A stretch of 64,000 nt of DNA from a virus. Shown piece by piece: positions 40,994-50,966 of the stretch. Both the position numbers and the translations under genes were made by a program. Under the pieces are notes generated by a model. That model did no database searches. It was given only the letters and a program-made list of their open reading frames with translations, and was not told the DNA's origin. Positions within the stretch are counted from its first letter, which is position 1; each line of letters opens with the position of its first letter. The DNA lies in IMG/VR virus record IMGVR_UViG_3300036768_001490, positions 1-64,000 of that record, one strand, 5' to 3'.

Positions 40994-43732
40994 TTAACGG
41001 ATGAGTTTGTAGTTAGCTGCCATCGTGGCGCCGGCTTCCCAGTCTTCCAGCTTCGGGTCTTCGTATGGTCCCGGCCTGGCCATGTCGTGGCCGGCGCCTG
41101 TGTCGAACATGTTCAGCTTCTTCAACTTGAGAAAGACGCCTGGCTCCTCCAGCCACTTGCGCCTTCCCGGCCAGGGGTAGGTCTGTTCTCCCTGGTAAAT
41201 GACCGGCTTCTCGTCCCAGGGTCTTCCGCCCGAGCCGAGCCCGGTACGGCTCATGGCCATCCAGCGCGCTTCCAGCCATTTGAGCTGCTCGGTCCTGTAC
41301 TGCTTGCCTGGGTTGGTCGGAGGGTCGCGGAAGCTGAAGTGGACGTCCTGGATTGTGTCGTCGCTGCCGAGCTGGGTGGGCTGGTAGTAGCGCTGCGCGA
41401 CCTGGAAGCGGTGCTTGGCGGTGCCGGCCGTGCGCAGGGCCTGGGCCGCAGCCACCACGGCGGCACAGGTACTCTCCAGGGACGTGGCGAAGCCGTCGGG
41501 CACCTTGCCGAGGAACATGCCCTTCTTGTCTGCCATGACGCCGGCCGTGGCAAACGACTTGGTGCCGTAGACGCCGCCGCGGACGACGATGCCGCCGTCC
41601 TTGTAGGAGATCAGCTTGCCGCCGAGCAGCAGCTTGACCTCGTCAAAGATGGCATTGCTCTTGCCGAAGGAGTAGACCTTGCGGACGGTGCTGTTGCTGT
41701 CGGACGGGCCGTAGTAGAAGTTGACCTCCCCCGGCGTGAACACGTTGATGTTGTCTCCGGCCAGGTTGAGCCGGGCGCGTCCCTTGTCCGCGTCAATGAA
41801 GACCCCGTCGCTGGCCGAGCGTAAGTAGACCTCCTTGCTCAGGATGGCGCCGACCGACTGGTCGCACTTGATGATGACGCCAGAGGCAATGACGTCCTCG
41901 CCGTACCTTTGCCGGTACATCTGGGTGCGCCCCTTGGCCTTGTTCTCGATCAGGGTGCCTCCTCTGCCGCCGTTGCCGGACAGCAGCTGCATGTTGCGCT
42001 CCGCCTTGAGGCGGACGTCCTTCTCACTGGAGGAGGCATCGAAGGAGCCCCTGGCCCGCAGGCAGATCTGGTCGGCGAAGCCGAGCAGGTCGGTGCCGGG
42101 GAGCAATTTGACCTTTCCCGGCGCCTCGATGACCACGTCGCCGCCGCCCAGCAGGATATGTTCTCCGCAACCGGCGCCCAGCTGCACAGTGCCATCGTCG
42201 TGGAAGACCAGGAACGACTCGCGCTCGAAGTAGTCCACCTGGCCGTAGCGCTGGTCGATGTGCAGCTTGCGCGGCTGCGCGTCCGGCACGAACGGCCGGT
42301 CGGCCAGGTCTGCGAAGGGGACGTTCTCCTGGATACGGCTGAAGCTGGTCAGCTCGTTCTCCTGCTTGAGCGTGTAGTCCCCCCGGTGGTAATGGAACGG
42401 GTGCAGGGCCTGCCAGTTGACCAGGTAGGCGATGACGTCGTTGACCCCGGCAGCCAGGCGCATGTGCCGGTGCGGCCCCGTGAGCTGGATGTCCTTGATC
42501 CGGTGCTGCTCTCCGCCGCTGCCGACCACGCCGGAGAAGCGGTAGTTGTTCCGGTCCGCGTCGTCGCCGTTCTGGTCCTCGGGCAGGCGCTTCTGGAAGG
42601 GCACGACCAGCTTGCAGCGCTTGCCGATGTACAGCCGCTTGGCGGACACCAGGCTGTAGGAGCCGTCCAGGCCGATGTGTTCGCGGAACAGGCCGTCGTC
42701 GGGCGGGTCGCCGTTGTCCCGGTAAAGGCGCCTGCCGCCGCTGCGGCCCGGGCGCATGACCGTGCGGAAGTGCCCCTGTCCCTTGTAGCCGCCGTACTCC
42801 TGGTAGCGGTAGCATGGCTGCACGTCCTCGGCGCCGTCCATCAGGTCTATCTTGCCGCGGGGACGGTCGTACTGGACCTCGCGGTCGCTGAATTCCTGGG
42901 TGAACGGTGTGCCGCGGTCGTACAGTCCCAGTGCCTCCCAGGGGTAGGCGGCGATGCCGCGGAAGTAGTGGGCCTCCCCTTCGTCGTCCACGCCCTCCTC
43001 CTCATGCACGGAGGACTCGACCCGGAGGTACTGGCCGGCAAGCCGACACCAGGAGTCGTACCAGGACAGGAACAGGCCGCACATCTCGTTGGCCCGCACC
43101 TGGACGAGCCAGTCGTCGATGGTGATGGCCAGGCCAGTCGGAGTGATCCAGCCGTGCTCGAAGGCGGTAGCGTCCTGGGGGCGGTGGGCCGAGAAGTCCA
43201 TTGTCCCGCCTTCCCGGGACAGGCCCTTGATGGGGAACTTGTGCGCTTCCTCGCGCTTCATGCCGGAGTTGCCGCCCTGGACGATCCAGTCCGGGCAGAC
43301 CACCTCGCCCCTGGCCACGAGCGGTGGCAGGACGCCTAGGATGACCCCCCAGTGCAGACCGTTGGGGATGAAGACCAGGACCGAGCTGCCCGGTGGCAAC
43401 GGGCCGGTGCGGCGGGGGCCGCAGGGCACCAGGCCGGTGTCTTCCGCCTTGCAGGCGGCGATGAAGCCATTGCCGTCGCCGCACTGGACCTTGTACCAGT
43501 TGAGATAGGGGATGGCATGGACAACCAGGCCGCGGGTGAGACGGCCGGTGGAGCCCAGCGACTGCGTGCGCTGCTGGGACACGCGGAGGGAGTCGCCGAG
43601 GGTGCCGCCGCTGGTGCCGACCAGGGCAGACAGGGAACGCACCCAGTCGTCTAGCTCGTTGATGCGTCGGTCGGCAGGAGGCGTGAGGGGGCTGAAGCCG
43701 CCTGGGTCGGCGCGCGCTCGCTCGTGCAGCAT
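40994..43732 (-). CDS. Baseplate central spike (gp5/gpV/VgrG-like OB-fold + beta-helix), 912 aa
   Basis: GLVVHAIPYLNWYKV...PGSSVLVFIPNG..WGVILG (OB-fold); LVFHDDGTVQLGAGCGEHILLGGGDVVIEAPGKVKL...DVRLKAERNMQL (beta-helix). Confidence 0.72.
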   Translation of the reverse strand: MLHERARADPGGFSPLTPPADRRINELDDWVRSLSALVGTSGGTLGDSLRVSQQRTQSLGSTGRLTRGLVVHAIPYLNWYKVQCGDGNGFIAACKAEDTGLVPCGPRRTGPLPPGSSVLVFIPNGLHWGVILGVLPPLVARGEVVCPDWIVQGGNSGMKREEAHKFPIKGLSREGGTMDFSAHRPQDATAFEHGWITPTGLAITIDDWLVQVRANEMCGLFLSWYDSWCRLAGQYLRVESSVHEEEGVDDEGEAHYFRGIAAYPWEALGLYDRGTPFTQEFSDREVQYDRPRGKIDLMDGAEDVQPCYRYQEYGGYKGQGHFRTVMRPGRSGGRRLYRDNGDPPDDGLFREHIGLDGSYSLVSAKRLYIGKRCKLVVPFQKRLPEDQNGDDADRNNYRFSGVVGSGGEQHRIKDIQLTGPHRHMRLAAGVNDVIAYLVNWQALHPFHYHRGDYTLKQENELTSFSRIQENVPFADLADRPFVPDAQPRKLHIDQRYGQVDYFERESFLVFHDDGTVQLGAGCGEHILLGGGDVVIEAPGKVKLLPGTDLLGFADQICLRARGSFDASSSEKDVRLKAERNMQLLSGNGGRGGTLIENKAKGRTQMYRQRYGEDVIASGVIIKCDQSVGAILSKEVYLRSASDGVFIDADKGRARLNLAGDNINVFTPGEVNFYYGPSDSNSTVRKVYSFGKSNAIFDEVKLLLGGKLISYKDGGIVVRGGVYGTKSFATAGVMADKKGMFLGKVPDGFATSLESTCAAVVAAAQALRTAGTAKHRFQVAQRYYQPTQLGSDDTIQDVHFSFRDPPTNPGKQYRTEQLKWLEARWMAMSRTGLGSGGRPWDEKPVIYQGEQTYPWPGRRKWLEEPGVFLKLKKLNMFDTGAGHDMARPGPYEDPKLEDWEAGATMAANYKLIR

Positions 43733-43778
43733 GGCTTCTTCTCACCTTGCGGTGCGTCTGTGGGCCTGCATGGCCCTG

Positions 43779-43811
43779 GGAAGGAGGAAGGTGTCCTATC
43801 CTCCTCCTTCC
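43779..43811 (-). other. Intergenic 10-bp hairpin after the tube gene (no U-tract)
   Basis: GGAAGGAGGA (43779-43788) / TCCTCCTTCC (43802-43811). Confidence 0.5.
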
Positions 43812-43871
43812 AGTGTTCATCCGGCCGCTGGACGTCCCTGGCCAGCGCTTGCTACCGGTCTGGAGGTCGGT

Positions 43872-44339
43872 CTATCTCACTTCCAGACCGGAGAAGATGA
43901 CGGTTGCATTGGTATTGACAACCATGTCGTTGGCATTGACGGACAGTCCCACATTGGTCAGCACGGCTCCCTTCATGTCCCATGTGTCAGGATCGGCGGT
44001 GAGACTCATGCCTCCGAAACAGAAGTTAGATGTGTGGATGGTCAATCTGTTGTCATCACACACGTCTCCGTAGCGGTCGTAGAAAGTGAGAACCTGGTTT
44101 CCCGGACCAAGGATGTGTCCAATGGTACAGGTGCCCTGTGCTCGTCCACTGACGTAGTAGTAGTGTGTTGGAGCACCCCAGTTGCCTAGCTCATAGACGC
44201 GCGTAACGTTTAGTGAGTATTGCAGGTTCAGGTTCTGCATCAGGATCCCGAGTCCCGTCACCGAGCCACCGATGACGCCTTCCTGCGCGTGCATGGCGCC
44301 GCCGTAATTGACTTCTGCCCGCTTGAATACGTCTGGCAT
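43872..44339 (-). CDS. Tail tube protein
   Basis: 155 aa directly after the sheath; MQNLNLQYSLNVTRVYELG...SGRAQGTCTIGHILG; VLTNVGLSVNANDMVVNTNATVIF. Confidence 0.85.
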   Translation of the reverse strand: MPDVFKRAEVNYGGAMHAQEGVIGGSVTGLGILMQNLNLQYSLNVTRVYELGNWGAPTHYYYVSGRAQGTCTIGHILGPGNQVLTFYDRYGDVCDDNRLTIHTSNFCFGGMSLTADPDTWDMKGAVLTNVGLSVNANDMVVNTNATVIFSGLEVR

Positions 44340-44356
44340 GGTTTCCTCCCTGTCCA

Positions 44357-44435
44357 GAAGCCCCGGTCCTGACGACCGGGGCGGCTTCCTTGTGCATTAA
44401 GGTTTGGCGGCCGGCTGCTTACTCTCCGGCCGCCA
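44357..44435 (-). other. Two intergenic stem-loops between the sheath and tube genes
   Basis: GCCCCGGTC/GACCGGGGC (44360-44382) and TGGCGGCCGG/CCGGCCGCCA (44405-44435); no U-tracts, so probably mRNA stability or processing elements. Confidence 0.5.
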
Positions 44436-44443
44436 GTGGACGG

Positions 44444-47290
44444 TCAGATGACAAGGTGGATCTCGACGTTGTTGAACGGATAGGGAACTTTCAGGTTCAG
44501 CTTCACAACGATGCGGTCCTTGAGCGTCAGGTGCTGCCGCGGGCCATCCACGATCTCGGCGTCGATTAGCTGGCCGCCCAGGTTGGGTGTCGCGGACTCG
44601 GTCTTGAGCAGGTCGATCAGTATGTTCGTTTCCGCGCGCAGCCGCGACTCGATGGCTGGCGTGACGTTGGTGACGCCGATGAAGGGACGGAACTGGTCCT
44701 TGAAGCGGTAGCTGATCGAGTCCACGTTGGACGTCAGCATTTCCTCGCGCTGGTTGATGTCGCTGTAGCCTCCCGTGGTCAGGGCGTGCCGCGTGAAGAT
44801 CTGGCCGACGTCCGTTTCCATGCCGCGCAGGTCTTGCGTGACGATCCAGGTGCCGCCCGTAGCCATGATGTCCAGCTGCGACCGGTTGAACTTGGCGGTC
44901 GTCCGCGGGACATCGGAGAAGCCGACGATCTCCAGGTGGGTCATGCCCTGGTGCGGCAGGATGCCGGAGCGCAGGCCAGCCAGGGCAGCGTTCAGGAAGT
45001 AGCCTTCCTGGACCGTGCCGGCGGACTCGATCCGGTCGGGCCAGGTGGAGCGGATGCGGCGGTCGCCCCAGGCGCCGGAATTGCGCGCGATCTCCTCGGC
45101 TTCCTCCGTAGCACTCAGGTTCCGCCAGATTTCAAACCGGGCCGGAACCGTGATCGGCGCGCCGACACTGGACAGCAGGCGCAGCTGGTCCTCCGACTGG
45201 ACCTCGTCCACGAGGAACTCGCTGTACTCCTCGTTGCCGAAGCCGTCCGTGGTGTACAGCAGACGGACCACGTCGCCGGCGCGGACCTTGTTGCGCAGGA
45301 AGTCGGCGTTGCCCGACGTGCAGCGCAGGATAGTGTACTGGCTGCCAGGGCTCAGGGGATCGTCCTCGACGACGCCTAGGGCGACCTTGCCGTCCGACGT
45401 GGTCGGCTCGGTGTGGCCCTGGACCTTGGAGGTGGTGGACACAATCGGGATCTCGGGGATCCCTTCCTGGTTGACCCAGAGGACGCGCCAGAGTCCCTGT
45501 TCCGGGCTGGACATTGCCTTGACGTGGGCAGCGTACAGGTCAAGGACCGTCCGGCGGCGCGTCAGCGGCACCAGGCCATAGACGTCGTCCCGGCCAAGCA
45601 GCAGTTCCAGGACGCCGGCCCATGCCTCGTCGTCGTCCGGGTCGCAGACGGCGGTGAACTTCACCTCGGAGCCGTTGCTGTTTTCCAGGGCCTTGAAGAC
45701 GCCCCACTTGAGCGGGTTGTCCGGGTGCAGGGCGCCGGAGATGACATTGTTGATGTCACCGACGTCCCGGATGGTGCCGACCTCGTGGCAGAGGTCTTGG
45801 AGCCAGTACCGCACCTCGACGAACATCTCGCCGTAACCCTTGCTGGGCTCCGAGTGGACAGCGAGGGGCTGCTGCACGCCGTTCAGGGTCCACGTCTCGT
45901 CAAAGGCTATGATGCCGGACTTGACCGTGATGTCCGTCTCGCTGGTCTCCCAGTTGGTCAGCGGGGCGAAGCCCACGCGGTTTTTCTCGACCTGGAGCAG
46001 CGGCTTGAGGATGAACAGCGTGAGGTCCACCTCCGAGCCGTCCGGGATGCCCGGGTGGAGGCTGTGCCCCAGCTCCAGGGTGCGCCGCGGCCCATCGGCG
46101 ATGCCCGTGACGGGGATGTAATAGCGGTCCCCCTTGCGCAGGCCGAGGCCGCTGAACGACACGGTGACGCCGAGCGTGCCGACCGGGACGGCCACTCCGG
46201 CATTGGGCACCACGGTCGGCCCGCTCAGGTCGATGCCGTTGGTAGTGCTGACCTTGATCTGCGGTTTGACCGAGCTGGTGTACAGCCCGCCGCGCGACAC
46301 GGTGATGATGTAGGTGGTGTCCTTGCGGCCGTCGTAGGAACCGCCCGAGGTCGGCAGGGGCTGCACGAAGTTGTCCTGCACGGTCACGCGCCAGCGCTGT
46401 CCAGCGATCAGGTCGTCCGGGCTGACGTTGTTCATCCCGGCCGACAGTGAGCAGGCCGCCGAGCTGTCTGTGTCGAAAATGACGCGGAGCCCGCGCGTGC
46501 CGATCACGGTCGGATGCCCCGCCGCTGACGGCACGACGCTGGCGACGTCGTCCTCGCCGGAGCCCGAGATGACACGCAGGCGGGCCAGGGTGAAGTCGCC
46601 GTTTACCGAGCCCTCTGTGACCAGGATGTCATAGGTTTCCTCGATGTGGCCACTGGGCAGGCCGTCATACAGCGTGTGGTCGGACGTGACCGTGACGCAG
46701 TTGTCTGGGCCGTCCGTCTTGACCACGAACGAGGTGGCTGACTGCGTGCCCGGATTGTTGCTGTCTACCTCGGCGGGGCTGATCACGCTGGGCAGCTCGT
46801 CGCTGATGATCCCCTTCACGTAAGTCCACAGCGTCACGGGCGTGCTGCCGGCGATGCCACGCACCTTGACCACGTCGCCGACCTGGACGTCGCGGTCGAG
46901 CAGGCTGGAGTGGCGGGGGTAGGCATCGCCGTTGCTGGCAAAGTTGACCGTGGCAGAACGAATACGGTTGCGGTAGCCAGCGGTCTTGGTGATGACGGAT
47001 CCCTGGCCGATGGTGTCGTGGAAATACTGGAGCAAGGCGTCCTTCAGCCAGAGCTTGACGTAGCTGAAGTCTGCCTTGCCGCCGGCGGGACGTTCCGGCC
47101 ACGGGTAGGCAGTGTCTACCAGCCGGTCATAGAAGCCGAGACGCCCCTGGTCCCTCTCGTCACTGTCCGCGTAGCGGATCAGCTTGGCATGCGGTCCGCT
47201 GATGTGCGCGCGCAGCGGGTTGGCCACTGCGCTGGGGACAATGCGGAACTCCTGGAACACCAGAACCTGGGGGAGAACATAGGTAGGCAT
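44444..47290 (-). CDS. Contractile tail sheath protein (948 aa)
   Basis: PQVLVFQEF N-terminus; C-terminal FNRSQLDIMATGGTWIV...HALTT...NVDSISYRFKDQFRPFIG...VPYPFNNVEIHLVI. Confidence 0.9.
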   Translation of the reverse strand: MPTYVLPQVLVFQEFRIVPSAVANPLRAHISGPHAKLIRYADSDERDQGRLGFYDRLVDTAYPWPERPAGGKADFSYVKLWLKDALLQYFHDTIGQGSVITKTAGYRNRIRSATVNFASNGDAYPRHSSLLDRDVQVGDVVKVRGIAGSTPVTLWTYVKGIISDELPSVISPAEVDSNNPGTQSATSFVVKTDGPDNCVTVTSDHTLYDGLPSGHIEETYDILVTEGSVNGDFTLARLRVISGSGEDDVASVVPSAAGHPTVIGTRGLRVIFDTDSSAACSLSAGMNNVSPDDLIAGQRWRVTVQDNFVQPLPTSGGSYDGRKDTTYIITVSRGGLYTSSVKPQIKVSTTNGIDLSGPTVVPNAGVAVPVGTLGVTVSFSGLGLRKGDRYYIPVTGIADGPRRTLELGHSLHPGIPDGSEVDLTLFILKPLLQVEKNRVGFAPLTNWETSETDITVKSGIIAFDETWTLNGVQQPLAVHSEPSKGYGEMFVEVRYWLQDLCHEVGTIRDVGDINNVISGALHPDNPLKWGVFKALENSNGSEVKFTAVCDPDDDEAWAGVLELLLGRDDVYGLVPLTRRRTVLDLYAAHVKAMSSPEQGLWRVLWVNQEGIPEIPIVSTTSKVQGHTEPTTSDGKVALGVVEDDPLSPGSQYTILRCTSGNADFLRNKVRAGDVVRLLYTTDGFGNEEYSEFLVDEVQSEDQLRLLSSVGAPITVPARFEIWRNLSATEEAEEIARNSGAWGDRRIRSTWPDRIESAGTVQEGYFLNAALAGLRSGILPHQGMTHLEIVGFSDVPRTTAKFNRSQLDIMATGGTWIVTQDLRGMETDVGQIFTRHALTTGGYSDINQREEMLTSNVDSISYRFKDQFRPFIGVTNVTPAIESRLRAETNILIDLLKTESATPNLGGQLIDAEIVDGPRQHLTLKDRIVVKLNLKVPYPFNNVEIHLVI

Positions 47291-47323
47291 CTTGTCCTCG
47301 CCTCCATGCGAGAAAGAGCGTGG

Positions 47324-48022
47324 TCATTTGGTTTCTTGCAACAGCACCCCGTCCAGCAGGACGCTCAACGGCACCTTGCGCAGCTTCAGGGACTCCTGCT
47401 GGAGTATCCAGCCCTCGCCGTAGGCCCAGCCCACGGTCACGGGGATGACAAAGCTCTCCCTGGACTCCTCAACTTCCGCGGCGGCACCGACTTCTGTGAC
47501 TTGCCAGTTGTACAGTCCCAGGTACTGACGGATGACCGGCGAGAACTGGGTCAGCTCCCGCTGCACTTCCGTTGCCAGGATCTCCGCGCTCGCGCCCGAC
47601 TCGTGGATGCAGAACACGGTATGCGACCCGACCCAGAAGGTCTGGTACTGCACGAAACCCTGTTCGGTCGTGCCGACCACGTCCCCCAGCATCATGCGGA
47701 GGTTCTGCCGGCCGTTTGCCTTGATGATGCAGGCGGGTCGCTTTTCCACCAGCTCGCCGCGCCAGCGGTGGATGCTTTCCACCAGGATACCAGTTCGCTC
47801 GTCCTCACGCCAGACCAGCCCACGCAGGTCCGGCTCCTCGATGTTCAGGGGGGTGCTGAAGTGCCGGACCAGCAGGTCACGGATCAGACCCGTTATCATG
47901 ATGGGCCGCCAGCCGAGCGAGCACAGGGCGCTGGGCGTGATCGGCTGGAGCTTGTCACGGCCGGACGGCGGTTGCGGCGGCTGCGGAGGCTGGGGAGAGC
48001 ACCAGCTGGCCGGTGTGCTCAT
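47324..48022 (-). CDS. Tail terminator/completion protein
   Basis: Position between neck and sheath; alpha/beta pattern GSHTVFCIHESGASAEILATEVQREL...VIPVTVGWAY. Confidence 0.6.
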   Translation of the reverse strand: MSTPASWCSPQPPQPPQPPSGRDKLQPITPSALCSLGWRPIMITGLIRDLLVRHFSTPLNIEEPDLRGLVWREDERTGILVESIHRWRGELVEKRPACIIKANGRQNLRMMLGDVVGTTEQGFVQYQTFWVGSHTVFCIHESGASAEILATEVQRELTQFSPVIRQYLGLYNWQVTEVGAAAEVEESRESFVIPVTVGWAYGEGWILQQESLKLRKVPLSVLLDGVLLQETK

Positions 48023-48233
48023 GGATCACTGGCTCCTTCCCAAACATGACCCGGATGACGGACCGGATGTCCGGCTCGTAGGAGCGCAGGTCCAGACGCT
48101 CCAGGCCGAGGCGCTGCCGCTGTCTCCCTGGACTGGCCGGGGCCGGCTGCTGGCCGTGTTCTCCCCTGGGAGGGCGACGGAACTCCGCCAGGGGTCCAAT
48201 GGTCGCGGCGGCGCGGCGGGGATAGTAGGGCAT
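47955..48233 (-). CDS. Possible small protein (92 aa)
   Basis: ATG overlaps the upstream TGA (ATGA) and fills the gap, but overlaps the next gene by 68 nt. Confidence 0.35.
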   Translation of the reverse strand: MPYYPRRAAATIGPLAEFRRPPRGEHGQQPAPASPGRQRQRLGLERLDLRSYEPDIRSVIRVMFGKEPVIHEHTGQLVLSPASAAAATAVRP

Positions 48234-49123
48234 CAGTTCTCCTCGTCCGTGGACAGCAAGCCAATCCTGGCCAGCTGGTCCGGTATCTGGATCGTGTACA
48301 CGACCGAGGTGAACGGCACCGGCCGCAACTGCACCTGGGCCACCAGGGGCACGCCGCGCATCTCGGCCGTGTGCTGGACATTGTGGACGTAGTAACGGTC
48401 GTCCGTCTGCCGGGACACCCAGATGTCGCCTTCGGACAGCAGGTGGGAGCCCAGCATCTCCGCGGTGAGGACTACGTCCTGGATCGTGCCGCGCGCCTGG
48501 CCTCCGTCCAGCTCCGTGCGCCGGTACTTGGGCTGGACCTCGGCCCAGACGCACGCCATTGGGTAGTAGTAGCCGCAGCGCTTGCCCGTGCCGTAGCAGT
48601 CCGGGCAATTGGGGTCGCGGACCTCCCGGGTCATGGGGTCCAGGCAGGTCGGACAGTCCGCGCCGGTCCAGCGCCGCTTGAGCAGGTAGCCATCCTGTCC
48701 GCCGGGTCCGAAGCGGTAGCCCAGCAGGCGCTGCCGGACGATCTCCCGGGCCAGCCTCCAGCTGCGCCGGTCCAGCACGCCCATGCCGCCGGTAGGGAGG
48801 CTATAGTAGGTGCCCTGCGACGTGGTCAGCTTCACCCGGTAGTGGGTCCAGTTGGTCTTGCCCCAGACACGCTGCTCCGGGTCGTGGGCAAAGTAAACGT
48901 TCTCCACCGGCAGGCCCACGTCGGTCCAGTCGTCCGCGTCCGGGTTGCTGGTCGTGCCGACCTGGAGCTGGAACACGAGCGGGGCAGGGTCCGTGAACGT
49001 GTCCAGCAACTCCCACATGATCCGGGTCATGCCGCGGACCAGGTGGCTGACCACGACCCGGTCGAAAACGGTGTCGCAGGACGACGGCAGGCACGGCTGG
49101 CAGGTGCTGCGCTGCTCGGTCAT
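48233..49123 (-). CDS. Head closure/neck protein with DnaJ-like Zn finger
   Basis: LLKRRWTGADCPTCLDP...CPDCYGTG; EGDIWVSRQTDDRYYVHNV (stopper-like beta barrel). Confidence 0.65.
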   Translation of the reverse strand: MTEQRSTCQPCLPSSCDTVFDRVVVSHLVRGMTRIMWELLDTFTDPAPLVFQLQVGTTSNPDADDWTDVGLPVENVYFAHDPEQRVWGKTNWTHYRVKLTTSQGTYYSLPTGGMGVLDRRSWRLAREIVRQRLLGYRFGPGGQDGYLLKRRWTGADCPTCLDPMTREVRDPNCPDCYGTGKRCGYYYPMACVWAEVQPKYRRTELDGGQARGTIQDVVLTAEMLGSHLLSEGDIWVSRQTDDRYYVHNVQHTAEMRGVPLVAQVQLRPVPFTSVVYTIQIPDQLARIGLLSTDEEN

Positions 49124-49303
49124 GGCCACGCTGTCCTTCTCCCCCGGTACGCGAAGGCGACTGCCCCATTGAAGTAGGAGAGGCAAGGCAAGGTCAACTT
49201 CAACTTCCGTCCTGGCTGATAGCTAAAGAAAGCATTTCCGTCCGAAGGGCGGCCTCGCTCCGTCATGTCCCGTAGGGATGGGGCCTGGGGTTTCCTGTCC
49301 GAC

Positions 49304-50287
49304 CTAACGGACCCGGTAGCTGTAGGCAGACCGGACCTCGCCCAGGAAGCCCTTGAGGTTTATTTCGACCTTCTTGTTGTAGAGCCAGGTCATGTATTCA
49401 TTCCACAGTTGCTGGCCGTAGGCCAGGTATTCACTCTCCTTGTTCTTGTCCGCGATGGCGACGCCGCCTGCCTGGTGCTGGAGCGCATTGCGCCGGTAGT
49501 GGTGCGCCGCGTAAATGTGCAAACGGGCGATGATCCCCTGCTTCCAGTGGAAGCGGAAAGGGAAGTCCCTGGGCGTGAACGTGCGGACCGGCGGCGGTAT
49601 CTCGTTCCAGGCTTGCACCGGTTCCAGGATCGCCTGGAGCAGCTGGTCGTCGGCAAACTCCACGTTGTCGAGCAGGTACTGGTTCTCCGCCGGGTCTGAG
49701 TCCATCATGGCCATGCGGATCTCGTTGATGGTCGGCGGCCCGAGGTCGTCAGCCAGGGTCTCCCGTTTCAACGGGTAGAGGGAACGCTCCACAGACAGCA
49801 GGCCGTCGTTGACCAGGACGACCTTGCCGGCGCCGTTCCGGATGGCCCAGGACAGCTGGTAGATGCCCGCCCGCTCAACAATGTCCTCGCGCAGGGTGGC
49901 CTGCAAGACCCCGGCCAGGGGGTCGTGGGACGTGACTGGCAGCTCCCAGACAGGGTTGAGGTCGCTCACAGGTCCGTGCGCCAGCGCGTCCTTGACGCGC
50001 AGCACGGCGGTGCCGCCTCCGCCTGGCTCCGGGACGGTGGACAGGCTGCTGGAGCTGTCCGACAGCGCGCCCTCGACGTCCAGGTAGCCGGACAGGTCAA
50101 CCGCGCGCCCCCTGCGGTCCCGGAAGACGTGCTCCAGGGTGGCTGCCACGCCCTGGTCCACGATGAATGCCTTGACGCGGCGCAGGACCGGGCAGTCGTC
50201 CATCTCGTGGATGCCGGCCCGGACCACTTCCAGGGCAGGCGCTCCAGCGGGACCGCTGACATGCAACGGCTCGACAATGATGGCCAT
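49304..50287 (-). CDS. Head-tail adaptor/neck protein with N-terminal beta-sandwich
   Basis: EIRMAMMD...EFADDQLLQAI...WNEIPP...YRRNALQHQAGGVAIADKNKESEY. Confidence 0.65.
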   Translation of the reverse strand: MAIIVEPLHVSGPAGAPALEVVRAGIHEMDDCPVLRRVKAFIVDQGVAATLEHVFRDRRGRAVDLSGYLDVEGALSDSSSSLSTVPEPGGGGTAVLRVKDALAHGPVSDLNPVWELPVTSHDPLAGVLQATLREDIVERAGIYQLSWAIRNGAGKVVLVNDGLLSVERSLYPLKRETLADDLGPPTINEIRMAMMDSDPAENQYLLDNVEFADDQLLQAILEPVQAWNEIPPPVRTFTPRDFPFRFHWKQGIIARLHIYAAHHYRRNALQHQAGGVAIADKNKESEYLAYGQQLWNEYMTWLYNKKVEINLKGFLGEVRSAYSYRVR

Positions 50288-50315
50288 GACCTTGCTCCCC
50301 TTTCCGCCGTCCGGG

Positions 50316-50966
50316 TCAGGTCACGACAAGGTGGACGACCCTTGGACGGATCACGCCCTGCTTGAAGACCAGCAAACTGTAATCGCCCACGTCCAGCATC
50401 ATGGGGGACGTCCAGCGACCGTTGACGTCGGTACTGACTGTGGCGACCACGAACTCCTGGCTGCGCCGGCCAGAGGCGTAGTCCGCGTAGCGGAAGCAGC
50501 GGATGGACGCATTGTCCACGCGCACCCCCGTACTCGTTTCAACCGCCAGGTTGTCCGGGCCGCCGTAGTCATGGTCCACCTGGATAGGTCCGCTGCCCTG
50601 CAAATCAGCCATTTTGGCCGGTGTCACGTCGCGCAGGGAAGCGACCGTGTCCACCGCGGTGTCGGCGGCCAGGCCGATGACGCGAATGGACACCACGTCG
50701 CCGCCCTCCAGCGGCACGGGACGGCTGACAATGATGGTCTCGTGGCAGGACGGCGGCACAGCCACGTCGCTGTCAGGAGAGAGCGGCACGCTGTTGAGGC
50801 GGATGCGGGCCCGGTACAGGCCGCCGCCGGCCAGTGGCCTGGCAGGGCTGCCCAGTGCCACCCGGGCCATGACCTCGATGGGGGCCGTCCCGGTGTAGAC
50901 GTAATGCAAGACCTCGACCTCGTCCGCGATGCTGATGTTCTGCTTGACCACGCGCGCGAGTTCCAT
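50316..50966 (-). CDS. Probable virion protein with C-terminal carboxypeptidase-regulatory-like beta domain
   Basis: RVDNASIR...TVSTDVNGRW...LDVGDYSLLVFKQG. Confidence 0.55.
   Translation of the reverse strand: MELARVVKQNISIADEVEVLHYVYTGTAPIEVMARVALGSPARPLAGGGLYRARIRLNSVPLSPDSDVAVPPSCHETIIVSRPVPLEGGDVVSIRVIGLAADTAVDTVASLRDVTPAKMADLQGSGPIQVDHDYGGPDNLAVETSTGVRVDNASIRCFRYADYASGRRSQEFVVATVSTDVNGRWTSPMMLDVGDYSLLVFKQGVIRPRVVHLVVT

Noticed and set aside
26032-47290. Tailocin, eCIS or T6SS interpretation of the contractile module
   Set aside because: Capsid, scaffold, prohead protease and neck genes are in the same operon, so it encodes a complete virion.
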